Source: Tubiluchus corallicola (Eukaryota; Animalia; Priapulida). Taken from it: DNA of 64,000 nt. The stretch covers positions 186,001 through 250,000 of the forward strand of contig JAQGDQ010000159.1 of NCBI GenBank assembly GCA_030141605.1, written 5' to 3'. Shown piece by piece: positions 1-14,700 of this stretch. Position 1 is the stretch's first letter. Every line of letters begins with the position of its first letter. The position numbers and the translations under genes were made by a program. The notes under the pieces are model-generated. The model had not been told where the DNA came from and made no database searches. It saw only the letters and a list, made by a program, of their open reading frames with translations.

Positions 1-463
1 CTCAGATCGAGGTGGTGGCATAGAACATCAGCACATAGACAAAGTTTTGCACTACCATTTTACCACAGCTGACCAAGAAACTTCACAAATGGATGACAAC
101 AACGGGCTTGGTAACTTCGTACAGGTTGTAAATCCAGGCCCTTCATCCGGGCCTATGTATGGGTAAGTTTGTTCTGCTGCTAATTTTCAGATGTCGCATG
201 TATTGGTTATTAAATAAGTGCTAACCAATAATATTGATTGATTAATTTCATAATAAAAAATTGCTTCCTGTAGATAAGTATAAGTTTCTATGGAACATTT
301 TCTCCAAATTTATTTCAGATTTGGATTTGGTTTGCCTACAGCAAGGGCATATGCTGAGTACCTAGGTGGTTCACTAAAAGTTATCTCAATGCAAGGAATT
401 GGAACCGATGTTTATCTACGTTTACGACACATAGATGGCAAACAAGAGAGTTTTAGAATATAG
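1..463 (+). CDS. BCKDK: Branched-chain alpha-ketoacid dehydrogenase kinase, last two exons (5' part outside window)
   Basis: Exons <1..162 ([23 protein letters not shown]...SGPMYG) and 319..463 ([47 protein letters not shown]), joined by GT-AG intron 163..318. GHKL G1/G2 boxes are present and the C-terminus closely matches recalled vertebrate BCKDK ([22 protein letters not shown]). Confidence 0.96.
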
Positions 464-2787
464 ACATGATTTGCTATGCTTATTTATACCAACTAGATGT
501 ATTATGTGTAACTTATCGTGAAGCTCTATATAAATTAAATTAAAAAGTGTAAAATCAATTTATTTTTTATGTTAAATGTAAACAAATTGTGCTATATGTA
601 TTTTGAATATTCTGTTTTTAGCATACTAGCAATGCACTTTTTGGGTAGACGTCTCATTTTCAGCAATCTCAGAATTTTCTGTTTAATATATTTATAGAGC
701 ATGCTATGTTCAAAATGAAGTTAGTTAAGCTTGCAATTGGAATTCAGATCTCCGATTCAGAAACTCAGAACTCCTTTACAGTTTTGGCAATAAAATGTGT
801 TAAAATCTTGTGAAATGCTTTTTTTGAGATTATTGTTTGAACAGTGTATCTCTACGTTATTTTTCCTGGCATTTTACATTGGTGCTGTCACTGCTGTGCT
901 GTTTCAGATGGGTGTTTATATTTGATTTTCAATTTTTGTTTTAAATGTGTACCCTATAAATATTGATGTGCTATTAACTGATTGGAAGGCAAATAAAAAA
1001 AATTATGTTTTGACTAGTCTTTCATCAACTGATGTGTTTAAAATTAGGCTAAGTAATGTTATTGTTAAATATTTTAATGTATGCCGATTGAATACGTACG
1101 CTTTTCTTGTGTGTGTAAATACTAAGTCACTGTGCAACATGAAATAATAATTTCGATTTGAATTGCAATGAAACTTCCTATCACCAGTTAAAACATTACC
1201 TGCATTCAGTATTTGGTTTGTGCTGGTTAGCTAATCAGTCCAACTTTTTCCGTGTTCAAGTCGAAATTTTGCACTGGATGCTGGCAGTTTTTGATAATCT
1301 TTCCTTTGTCTCTATTAAACTCACATTTTTAAATCATGCTGCACCCTTGTATCAACCAAAGAACTTTTGCATCTGTAAGCTTTTGCTTGTCTAGAGCTTA
1401 TTGTTGTTTTATTAGATTTGTTGTTCAAGATGTCTGCTGAGTTTTTAATTAGGTATGACCTATTACCTTTTGGTTTTGTTATCCATAATTTTAAGTTATG
1501 AACATTTCTATGATTTTCAAAGCTAGACTTGACTGTATTCAGTCATTTTCAGTTTAAATCTGAAATTACTGACAACAAGTATTTTCAATACCAAAAATGC
1601 TTTCAAGCAACTTCGTAATATTGAAATGATACTCTTTGATATTTTGTAGTTTAGCTACAATGAATTAAAAAAATTGATTTATCTTTTTTAGTGGTAAAAA
1701 ATTGTCGATGAGTCAAAAGCTGACTCATACAATGAATTAACCGAAGTTCGGTAATGTCATTTTAAATAGAGAATAAAATGTTTTGTTTTTGATAACTATT
1801 TTTCGGGCAATTCTGTAAGAGATAGGAAATTTCTGTCGGTAAGAGATCAGCTGTCTACAACCAAAAGTATTTGTGTAAAGTTTTATAGAGCTTTCTCAAA
1901 TACTTCACAGCATCATAGCTCAAGAATTTGATATTTAACACTGATTTATTTTAACACATTATTACTGTACATCACATATTTACATGGCAAAAAATAAAAT
2001 TTCTGTTAACATGACTGTAGTACTACAGAAGCAACAACATAACAATCTATAAGTAAAATGCATTTTTTTTGTGATTACTCCATTAAGGATGAGCTTTAGG
2101 AGTGTAAATTTGATTACAGTAATATAATGCTTATCTTTAAAGTTCTTTAAAACTTTTGACACACGTTGTAATACCTTGGATAGTTTGAACGTTGAAGAAA
2201 CATGTAGCATATTGGACAGTTAACAAAAAATTCAGTCATAAAACTTGGAGAAGTAACTAGATAAAACAAAAAAATACCTAACACAAGTTCCAATAAAAGT
2301 TCTTATTAAAATGTACCTTAAAGTTTTTGGCAGTCCAGTTTAACATTATAAAATTATTTTGAAAAACTGGTAAATCAGCGCCAGCTTTTAAAGAAATCAC
2401 AAGTGTCAGATTTTTGACGAAATTACCCTATATATGTCTTGTAAAATAATTAAAATTAGGATAGAATATTTCTAGACTTGCACAAGTTGAACAGATTAGC
2501 AGCAAAATGATATTATAAAAATAAAAGTTTGATTCTAAACTAATAAGCAATAATTCTGTTTGCTCACATCTGTAAATACTTTGCTTAAATATTTAGTAAA
2601 ATAAGTTATTAACTTGTATAACCATTAAAATTTTTTGAAGATTGCTTTTTAGTCTTAAGCTTAAAATGTAAACTCTACTATCTCCGCACAAGTATCGCAA
2701 CTCGATAAATCAAACTACAAAAATAAATTAATTTCCACAAAGTATTGCAGCAGGCCACTGATTCTAGTAAAGAAGAAAATTTAGTGT

Positions 2788-5700
2788 CTACACGGATATT
2801 TCATATGTGATGTCATCCCTCGATTCACATGGCATTGTCCGAGAGAATCCCGACAGTATTGACTTTGGGATTTGCTCACTTTTATTTTCTCTGATATCAC
2901 TCACTGCCATTGCTTTTACAAACGATAGTGGTCTCTGATGGTGTAACTTTAACACTGGTCTCAACTCATTGCAGGGACTACGAACCTTCTCGTCACTAGA
3001 GCTGTCTGACGCATCAGCATAATTAATTTCAAGTTTATTGTTCACAGCATCTTTGTATGATTCCGTTCTTTGTGGAGTAGAATCGACACAACCTGAATTA
3101 CGATTAATTACTGACACCGGTTTATGAGCACGAGTTAGGCTAGCACCCGTTACGCGTATCGGACGGATACCATACGTAGGGTTTGATTTGTATCCACCGT
3201 TTTCGGTAATGACCCGATTGGCTTGTAGCGACCGTGTAGATTCAGAACTTACTTCATAAGCATCACCATGAATCATGTCTAGTGGCTGACTGGCTGATAC
3301 GTGATTCAAGTTTGAAAGTTCAAGTGGAGATTTACGGAGACTGCCATGGGAGGAAGACAAAGTTTTATTCACATCTGGCGTGCTAGGCGGGGTAAATCGG
3401 GGATCAATCTGACCCAACATTTCACTAGTTACCTAAAAACACAAACCAGTTTATTATAAAACATAGAAAGAGTTAAAAATAAAAAATGAAATATTGTCAC
3501 ACACATAGAAATACTTCAGCATAGATGCAGATATATATACTAAGTTATCGGCATAAACTAAAAATAAAACGTTGTCATTTTTGAATGTTGGCAATCTGAA
3601 GACATACATATACACAGACACACAACAAAGACCAAGTTAATCGTTTTTACTGACAAATATCAATATATAAATATGAAGATTTTGTTTTCTTCATAGTTGC
3701 TCTTTAATACAACAGTCACAAAAAGTTTCATATTCAAACCTACAAAGTCAACCATGCAAATTTAACAAGGTTTTTCAACAGTTTGGAGTTTATAGGCCCA
3801 ATCAACTGAAATATCAAACCACGTTTGAAATGACTTGAGCAAAATCAGGTATGATTTTATAATTTACGAAATATAGGCAACAAAATAAAATCTGATTTTT
3901 TAATGAAACATTATGTATCATTATGATCTTTAAACATAATCTGTATTTTTTAAGGTAAAAAAGCCACTCCATCAAACTTCAGGTTCTATACTATAAAACT
4001 TCCTTGTCCTTTTTGTATTAGAATTTTTATATCACAGCAAACAAATAAAAAACAAAATATTTTATTTATCTTAGAATTTTCTTTTTTCAGTTTTAATAGT
4101 AGTTAGTTTTGCAAAAATGTTTCGGTTCAGTTTCGTTTCGGTATCGGCTTCCTGTGTTTCACAAAGTTCGATTTCGGTTTCTGATTGTAAATTCAGTTTC
4201 GGTAACATGTCCGACTCTGATCAGTCAGCTCAAAAGATAACTAATTTTTGTTTCCTACATCTTTCAATTAGATAACAAGTAGAAGTTATTAGCACAGTTA
4301 ACGATAACATGCATAATTACCTCAATATGGAACCTTACCTGTGGTTTTCCTCGTATGTTTGATAGAGGTCTACTTCGAGATGGAACATGATTGGCTACTG
4401 CGCTACTCGGGCTCGATAGAAATATTACTGCATCCTGTTAAATGAATATGCATCATTTTATTTAAACCACAATATGAATTAAACACAGCACATATGAGAT
4501 CTGAAGCTATATGAAAAACAAAAGAAAACAAATTTTTCAGTTGAAAATTACTGAATAATCTCTGGTGTGCAGTTGGTGATGTGAGACACTTGTGAGGGAG
4601 ACAGCTCTCTGAGAATTTTTAGAAAAAGTAACAAGAGAATCATTGGATAATCTGATCTCCTATACAAAATTGTTTCACTTTAAAAATGCTTGTATTTTGA
4701 CTTTAACGGTAAATCTTAAAATTCTATCATGGTTAACCAACCATGACTTGTTGCACCTTTACAGTTGTATTTTAAACCTGTGAATAAATCAATTGTAAAA
4801 GTTTTTCATTAAAATTAAAACTGGTTATGTCAACAGATATATTATAAAGGAATACCAATTTGTGTCAAAGACGAAAGCATTTAAATTTTCCAGTATGCCT
4901 TAGCTCCAGTAGGAAATTGTAGTAAGCATTGCCAAATATTGGTGTGTGCAAAGGAGTAAATGAGAAGTGTTAAAGTATTTTATTAGACAATCTGGAATGA
5001 GTTATAGGGTTAAATCAGATATAAACTGAGACAATTTAAAGTTTATTTTGTACCCAAAAACTTTGGAATTTTTGCCCCATGATCAATTACGAGTCACCAC
5101 ACTTTTTCGCAAATAGAAGAGACCAACTGTTCAGAGAATACCGATTCTTTTACCTCAGATTTTGGTGTCGCAGGGAGAGAGTTGCTTAGAACTGTTTCAG
5201 ATGCAATGTCAAACAGATTCGTATAAGAACCTGGAATTCTGTTTGGTTTTGCATTTGTACTGGACTCTTTAGATTCAATGCTGCTTCTGCATTCTGTTTC
5301 TGAAGCCTGTAAGGTTCATTAAAACAGATTAATTAAACAGAAAAAATGTGATTTACAAAAAATGACAGATAATGAATGTTTGATGTGTCATTTCACTAAC
5401 AATTGTCGATTGCAGTATAAATGGTTAAAGTTAACGCTAAATGTAGTAACAATTTAGCTTCATATTTTACTGTAGTCTTTACCGTCCTCACTACCATCAT
5501 CATCACCACCATTTCATTACCTCTAAATCTACCCCCAGATCACGAATAACACATCTATGACAAAACATGTCCTGGGGCACATTCTGATATTCAAAGTTCA
5601 CGAACAAGATGGAATTTGCACTTACCTGACAAAAAATAATAAATCAATTTATAGTTGAATAATCATGGTGTGCATTTAGCTGCAATGCTAAGCAATATTG

Positions 5701-8700
5701 TGGTTGGATACTAAATGGATGGATTGAGAGGTTATATACATATTTGTAGTTTAATCGTGCTTCGAAAATTGCATATAAGCTTGTGTAGCTTAGAGTTCTT
5801 ATGGATTTTTGATCTGAAAAACTCGAGACTTGTGTCTAAAGACTTGGGCCTTGACTTGAGACTTGGTGCTACTGATTTGGGACTTGATTCGACATGCTGA
5901 CATCTTTGCTGAGATCATTCTTGATGATGAGCTGGGTTTTGGCTAAAATGTTAAGAAAAATCAGCAAAAAGCACAAAATAACGAATGGTTCATTAATGGT
6001 AATGCAAAATAACATTGAAAAGGCATAAAATTTCTGATAATGTCTTTACCTGTACAGAATAAAATTTGCTTGCTTGACAGCGGGAAGACAAGGATTTGAT
6101 TGCACCATTTCGTTGATCGGTGACAGCAACTTTTACATCGTTGGCGTCAGTACTGGCATTTTGTGTACTAGATGATGATAATGTTAGTACCTTGCTTTTG
6201 TCATAGTACTTTGTGTATCTGAATAACAACAAATTAAATTTGTTCATTTTGCCCGGTTACACAATAATAATTGAAATTCTTGAAATGAATGAGCTCAGAT
6301 GCTCAAATGCAACAGTGATACTTATTCATATTTCTGGCATGATCAATTACAGTTTTAAGTGCAAAATTGAAATTTCAAATGAATTACAAGCTTTTCTGAT
6401 TATAGAATTCATACAATTCATGTTTTTCTACAACAGCCAGCCCAGAAGGAAAGATGATTTTGAGGAAGTGTATAATGTTAGATTTTTGCTATAGCACAAG
6501 CTATTACATGCGCAATAGTTATCATAGTACAAATTAGGAGCAAAGAAAAACACATTCAATACACTATGCTAAGAACATCGGTAATACCAGTACATACCTT
6601 GGTATAGTAGGACCACACAAGATTAAGGCACAGTTCTGTCGGCACCCAAGTGAGAAAGGGTTATAGCCGCCAATAAACTTTCCCGTAACCTATCAATATT
6701 AAAAGTATTGGTCTTACTTGACAGGCAGGAAGAATCAATGACAGTGTTTTGTTTATAGCTGGCTCAAGGTATTACGCTTCCCTAGGCAAAAAGTCAGCTA
6801 GAGGCTTAAGGAAACACCATTAAGTTCCACCTGTATATCATTTTGAGGTAATTACCTGGTGTTGAAATTGTTCCATAATTTTAGGCTCCTAATTAAATAG
6901 TTGTGTTTTGAAGGTTTTAAGATATTTGACAATGCAACAAACTCTACATAATTCTTTTTAAATATGCATGTTAAAAATTCTCTCTTTAGCAATCTATATC
7001 ATTTTTTTCCAAAACGTTTCTGACCACGCAGTATGCTTCGCGTGAGCCATGGTATTGCTTTGTTGTTAACCGTAAGCTTTAGTACTTTATCTGTTTGTAA
7101 ACTAGTAAATGTAAATATCATTATATGATGAAAAATTTAAGTCACATTTTCATTGTACTCCAGACTTGATTTGGCTTGATGAAAGTGGCTAAACACTTCA
7201 ATAAGGTCTGATAAACTGTTCAGTAGGTTCAATAAATTCTGAACTAACTATTTTAAATATATAAAAATTACACACAGTTACTAGTTTTTATCAAATGTAG
7301 GTACATTAACTCCTTTCTGATGGGTATATACATTTACCTGTCAAATGTGATGGGTAGAAGCAATCTCTTATTAACTAATGAGCATGCAGGTAGATTACAT
7401 AACAACAAAAAAGTTCAGTTGCATTCTTTGTTTTTCCTCTTTGAAGAAGTTTTAATGGATAAAAATTTTGCTTTGTGCCTGTACAGCATCTCAGCGTAGC
7501 TGTTGATCTGCTCGGAGCTCATTAGCACAGGCTATTATTATTAGGCCAAGATAATCTTTATTGTCATCTGAGTGCATGTTCACAGAAGTAAAACAGCAAG
7601 GGTCGACAGAGAGCAGCACTAAACACACTAGAATGTTGTCATGCTTTTGAATGTACAGTACGAAGAGTGAAAAAATATTAACAGCAAATTTGTGTTTTTA
7701 AAAAAATTGACTAATGGTAATCTCAGTACCTTTTACTTGCTAATAATGCTGTATATGCACTACCAAACTTTTGCCTATGAAAAACTTGTTGCAGGTAAAC
7801 AAATTCATAAAAAAATTTATGGATGCACACTACTTTACTATATGTTTGCAGCTATATGTTCGTAGAGAGAAGTTGCGCAACAAGTTGTATCTAAACGTGC
7901 CATTAGTCAAATGTATAATTTTTTTGCATGGTTTGGATACTTTTTGCAAACTTGGTGCAGAACTGAATGTCTATGGATTTTATGTTGAACAGTTGTAGAT
8001 ATAAGCTATCACTAGAAAGCTAGAAGATTTTGAAATCAAAACTCTGACAAATTTTTGCAAACTTTTTGAATTATCTTGCTAATTATTCCATTGAATAAGA
8101 AATCTAAACATGAAATTTAGAGTGCTTGAAAAATTTAATTCTCTTTCAGAAAAAATGCACTAGTTATCTCATACTGTTAGGCCGTTATAGGTAGCTTTAT
8201 TCGACTATGACATAATCACCTAAATATTAATAGCAGTGAAGAAGTTAATACAATATTTCTACGTGAATAAACAATGCTGTACTCAATTTTCCCATGCCAA
8301 ATAACATGTAAAGTTGGCACATTTGTGTGCCTAGTCCTTGTAAAATGAAGTTTATTAAATAGCACTATATAAAACAAAAATATAAATTATTACCTGCTCA
8401 TTTGTAGTTCTACCTCTTGCAACGAGAACAACATGAAATCCAGTTAAACCTAAAACTGGAATAAACAGTAGTAGATCTACAACAATAATAGCTAAGCTGA
8501 ATTGCTGTTAAGAATGATAAACACAAGCTGAAGCTATCATAATATTATAAACAAGCCTAAATGCCAGCTACCTTATACAAACATTGTCTTCCATCACAAA
8601 AGCATAATACAATGTTGTTATGTTAAAAAAGACCAAAAAACACCACCACACCAGCAAGGTCACCTGCTGAAAACGCATGTGCTCAAAAAAACTAAAATGT

Positions 8701-11700
8701 TTTTAAAATTAATGCGACTGAGCATAGTGTTTTTCATAAATGAACTTTACATGGGAAATTTTAAGGAGGCAGTTCGTGTAATAATGAGTTCATTTTAGGT
8801 CCTGTGACAATTACTCAAAATTGCAGTAGGCTAGTACCGCAGGGTACTGGATTCTGACTTCAACGAAATAGAAAAAAGAAATATGATTTTTTATTAAATA
8901 ACAGCACGGCACTATGTGATCAACAAGCACACTTAAGAAAGCATCTCTAAAATAAGATGGCCCTATTTTTTTCCATTTTGCACAATTATTAGTAATAACA
9001 TTTAGTTATAAATAGTTGATAAATAGTACTTTTATTTGTTACTAATATATTAATAACAAATAAAAACAATTGTACAATACAATGTAAATGACTATTAATG
9101 TAATAGTTTGAATTATAGTAGTGGTATGTAATAGTTAAAATTATTGTAGTGAAAAGGATACGTGATGATGGTACGAGGCTGCAAAAAAAACTTGTTGACA
9201 CTGATTTTGCCATGAAAGATGTACCACAAGCAACATCCTAATATAACCAGCATGTGAATAGTTAGTGAAATGAGAAATATGAAGAAATGGCGATAGTTTC
9301 TTCGTCCAATACAGTTGTTGACCCATGGACAATGATGATCAAATGTCTGTAAAAAAGGAACATGGTTTATATGACTGTACATACAAAAATTACCTGTAAA
9401 TGCTTGCAGTTGTCATAATTTCATCCTAGACATTTCTATTTACAGGGAAGCCTTTAAAAATCATTTTCCGTCAGACATCTTAACTGCAGAATTTCATAAA
9501 AAAAATAAAAAAAGACTTTGCTAGCTTCAAGAAGAAACTGAGCAAACATGGCACAGATACAAGTATACTGGTTTTCTGGATTTTTATCTCTATTTTGTCT
9601 TTCTGATTGTAGCTACTTACTTTGAGTGGCCAAAGTTTGAAGCCATCTGCATTTCAGCTTGTACTATGAAATATAGACTTTTAAAAGCTATTAAATTATA
9701 ATGCAAACTTTGCATTGAAAGTTGATAGATGAGACGAAAGCCAAAAATCTATTAGAAAAAAGCCAAACGAAACACAGAAACTGCTATCAATACAGGCAAA
9801 ATTTTGAAAGTGTAAATTGACCATTGTTTGGGGTGAGCATCGAATGTTCGAATTTGATTTCTCATGAGCTCTTCTAGTTCGAATTCGATTCAAACCTAAA
9901 ATTGTAAATTTGAATAATTCAGCACTTCAACTATATGCATGTTTTATCAATAAAACATTTGATGCAATCTCGACAATTTAGCTGTGATTGTGCAAAAGTT
10001 TTAAACAGATTGTTAATGTTTTTACTGCAGAACGAAATCAAATAATATGCATGATTTTTGTGAGGCCTTTTTATTAATGATTTCACTGAATTCAAATTCG
10101 ATTCGAAATCTCGAAATTCGGTTTGATTATTAGAGTTTGAAAGTCGCAAATTCGATTCAATTCGAATTCGCTTTCTGACAGAGAATCCTCACAAGTACCC
10201 TTTGTGCAGCTTGAGCCACAGTCACCGTTTTCTTTTTTTAACAAGCTAACGGAAGTATTTCCAGAGAACTTCACAATTTTACATTCGCTGTGAAATTCCC
10301 ATAAAGAATTATGTAACAGCGCAATTCTTGGATATTTGAGTCTTCAAATTGCTTACATCAATCATTTTGAGTCTTCAAATTGCTTACATCAATCACATTA
10401 TATTCAAGAATTTTGCTAACAACACAATTTATTATTTTTGGTTTAATTTTAGTTCATTAACTTAATGGTAAAAATACAACAAAACCTCAATTCTTTCTAT
10501 GAAAACCTTACTCTATGACAAACTTTTATTGCTAAAATTATGTTTGCACGCTTTTAGATAATGTAAATGTGCACACCTCTATACAATTATCACAGACACT
10601 GCAATGTGAGCAGCGGGGTGGTCGGTAAAACTGACATGTTGTGCACCACTTGCGACGTACAGTTATACCCCTTATTTCCACATTCTTGTAGAGTGGTGAG
10701 CGGAAATCATCATCCTTTTCTTCATCCACAGCTGAAGATAAAGCAATGACATTGTAGAATATGAAGTATGTATAATTATAATTTTTAGTATAATCTATAC
10801 CTTGCTTTAACAATGACAGCATTTTAGTATGGCATTGAAAATTTAATAAACTGTTCATATTGCTGAACGTAGTAATAGATATAAATACTGGATACACTGC
10901 AATCAGTGTGTCCAATTTATGCTGTTATTAGGTCATTATAGCCATGTCAACATAATTTACTTTCCAAGCTTACGTAGTCCATTTTGCTGACTTGCTTAAT
11001 GAAATACGTATCAGAGTATTTAAGAAAAAACATATTATTGAGTAAAATAGTGTTGATTAATGCTATTACTGTTGCATATCACTTTTTAGGCTGTTATAAA
11101 GCTATGTTTGTTTTACAATTGGCTGTTTTATATGCATTTAGTTGGTGGATCTTTTTAGAGTTATACTCTAAAGTCAAAATTTCAACATGATTAAAAAGGC
11201 AGTGTTACACTTACTCTAAAGGTAGCATTTTCTGTTACCATTGTGCTAAACAAACACTAAGATACCAGCAGTAGTTGATATACCACAGTTTATAAATAAC
11301 CTAAATGGAATTTTAAATTACATAAATGATAACGATATTTGTTAACAAAGTCACCATTATAAATTTATATTAATAGTTTACCACGTGGTATGACTCCCGG
11401 GTCCATAAATGTTGCTAAAGCAAAATTGATTATCACAAATGTATTCAGAATTCCATGACAGATGAGCAAGATGTAGCTGAACTGTTGAGCTAGATACCAT
11501 CCCCTGAAAAATATATAAAATTTTGTATTAAATACAATTATTCTTCACGATCTGTATAATATATCTACTAACAACATGAGTTCAAACATCTAGCAATGGC
11601 TTCACAAACAGTCTAATATGATATGCTGTAATGTCAATTTTTCAAGAACCTAATGACCATTTTCTAACAAAAACTATAAAAGCTACATCAATTATTATCA

Positions 11701-14700
11701 AATGTCAAACTTTAGAAACTACATTCAGAAGTTTAAATAATTTTTAAATTTGTCATTTGGAATATCAGCTTAGTGCAGTATTATTTCTATATTAATTAGT
11801 ATGAAAACAGTTGGCAGTCAGAAGCAAGTAAAGTTTTGCATCACATTCAGTAAGCACACATTTATCCTGCATAAACATCCGAGAAGCATGTTGCTAACTT
11901 ACTAATCCAATGTCAAAATTCCTTGATATAATGTAAACAGCCAAGTATACATGAAACACCCTGCATGTACTGTACAGTTTACATGTTTTGATTTTGAAGT
12001 TTTCATGACACGTACATCTTCAGCTTCAGCAGCTGCATGAACACACATTTCAAGTACAACAGTAACAGTTTGCTTATTCTAATATTACAGGGGCCTAGAG
12101 CACTTAACTAAGAAATAACATTCCATAAATTGCTAAGTAATATAATTTCTTTATAATTACTAAGTTATATAATATAATATAATATAATATAATATAATAT
12201 AATATAATATAATATAATATAATATAATATAATATAATATAATATAATATAATATAATATAATATAATATAATATAATATAATATAATATAATATAATAT
12301 AATATAATATAATATAATATAATATAATATAATATAATATAATATAATATAATATAATATAATATAATATAATATAATATAATATAATATAATATAACTT
12401 CCTAGACCAAAAATCTAGAAACTCCCTTTTTGAGTAAATAGACATTGCTTATAACTCAAATTGAAGCACATAATAATACAAATGTAGATGTAAATGTAGT
12501 TGCTTAATAAATATGCCCAAGACCTTGGAAGGGTTCATCGACCTTATAACACAGCTAATATTTCTCTATTAAACTACAAAAGAAAATAAGCTCAAAATTT
12601 TTAAATGGCATACGAAATGAGAGACAGCTATTTTCATTTTTTCAATTCTAAAATTGAGGGTTAACCTATTAGTTGCCAGTTGCGCCATTGTTTAATCTAT
12701 TATTGCCAATGCTTAATATTGAACTTTTTGCTCATTTTTGGATATAAATGTTTAACTGATCAGATTATAGCAAAAAACATGTTGTGCACATTCAAGGTCA
12801 AAATCTTGACATATGACTACTCAAAAGTAACAATGCTGCCATTTACTCACAAATGATACCCACAAATCATAATTCAGTGAAGAAGTTACTCTATTAGGGT
12901 TATTTCTGAGAGATACTGAATAATAGCAATAATAATTGTTTTATTAGAATCACAAAATTCTTACTAGCTAGCTAGATAGAGAATATTTTATATGCCGCAC
13001 AAAATTATTAGCCTTACCACTCCACAATTTCTGGTCATGTAAATGAAGTTATGCATCAAGTCCACTAAACTTAATCTGGCAGACATTTGTTTGACCAACA
13101 TTTCACTATCCAAAAATTATTATCTAGTTCTTAATCTAAATCAGAATTCAACATGTCTTCGATAATGCCTAACTGTACAACTGCCGCCATTGCAAAAACA
13201 TCAGCAAAACCGCACTGTGTCAAGAAAATACGAAGCAAAGACATGCTTACAAACTAATGCTTAAATTTCCATATTTTCCCATAGCAACCAAGTTCTTTAT
13301 GTCACTAGGTGTGCAGTAAAATAATATCATGCTGCATGCACTATGACTCGTCATGCATTATTTTACATGTAATAACTAATTATGTGCATTGGCCATTGGT
13401 AACTGTTCTGACATACAATGTGTTAATAAGCTTGCTAATTTTTTCCAAATAGTAACTTTTCTTTTTATCCTTTACGGCTTGCTGAAGGTTGAGCATAGAC
13501 ATGACTAAAAAAATCATCTAATCTTGATTACTAATATTTTTTTCATGGAACTTTGAATAAAATTTTTAAAATAGAAAATACCTATATTGGAGCGGTGTAA
13601 AGGTTATTCTAAATTCAAAATAATAGGCATAGTTGTACCCATCAAAAGGCAAGCACTGTTTAGCACGACACATCTATGTACATGAACATAAAATTAGCCC
13701 TCTATTTGGAGGGAGAACTTTAAAAAAGTTTAGCTCTTGATGTCTAAAAATTAATGTATAGTTTAAGAGAAAGAGAGAGAAAATGGCAATGATCTCAACT
13801 CATTTTTGCTACACTTACAAACATACACTAAGCGGAGAATATGAGACTTATGTTTCAGTTATAATAATCAAATTTTTGAAAATCTGACCCCATAAAACTT
13901 TCATTTTATATCCCATTTTATTATTTATTACATTAATATTTTTCCCTTGTATTTGAATGGCCCTAGTGGCTCTTATGGTGAATTCAGCAAAATTTGCTAC
14001 GAGTTGCTCCCTGACACTAAGTGCGAGCTAAAACTCCGTTCTCTATTCACTGCGAGAGTATCAAAAGTACCTTGCCAAGGCACTCACACTAAGCAGTAAC
14101 TCACTTGAAATGAACTTGCAGCAACTGTCGGAGAATTTGCAATAACTTGTCGACAATCACTTGCAAAAGCAGTTCACACTTTCTAGTTTGCTGTCAGAGA
14201 CAAACTCGCTAGTTTCGATAGTTCAAATGTGCAATTAGCAAGTAACTGCCTGAGTTGCCGATCCTACTGATGTGAAAACGTACCTGTTTTCAAAATGAGT
14301 AATAATGTCTAAGATGTGCTACATGTGAATTTGGTAACTGCATGGCCTGTGAGGATTTAAAGTGAGCAGCACCTTGCACTAAGCAGTCGCTTAAGTTCCC
14401 TTAAGCATTAGCTTTTAAAATGACATGTAATTAAAAAATTATCTGTAACAAATTATTAGACTTTAGATTCTCAACAGGCACCTAAGCATGTGTAAAATTA
14501 GAGTTCATTTGCTTTCGCTCGTACAAAGTCAAATTATTAACAACATATTGTTAGCACAGTACATTAAATGATGTGCAAATTTGTCACTATAACAACACAA
14601 TATCATAAATTAGAGTTAAATAAGCAGGTAAACATATATAAGCATGTGGAATGTAAGATGCATGATAAGTTAATGTGTCTGTCAATGTTATCATGTTTCC

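Noticed and set aside
12104-12445. 113 aa ILYYI-repeat ORF
   Set aside because: Translation of the (AATAT)n microsatellite.
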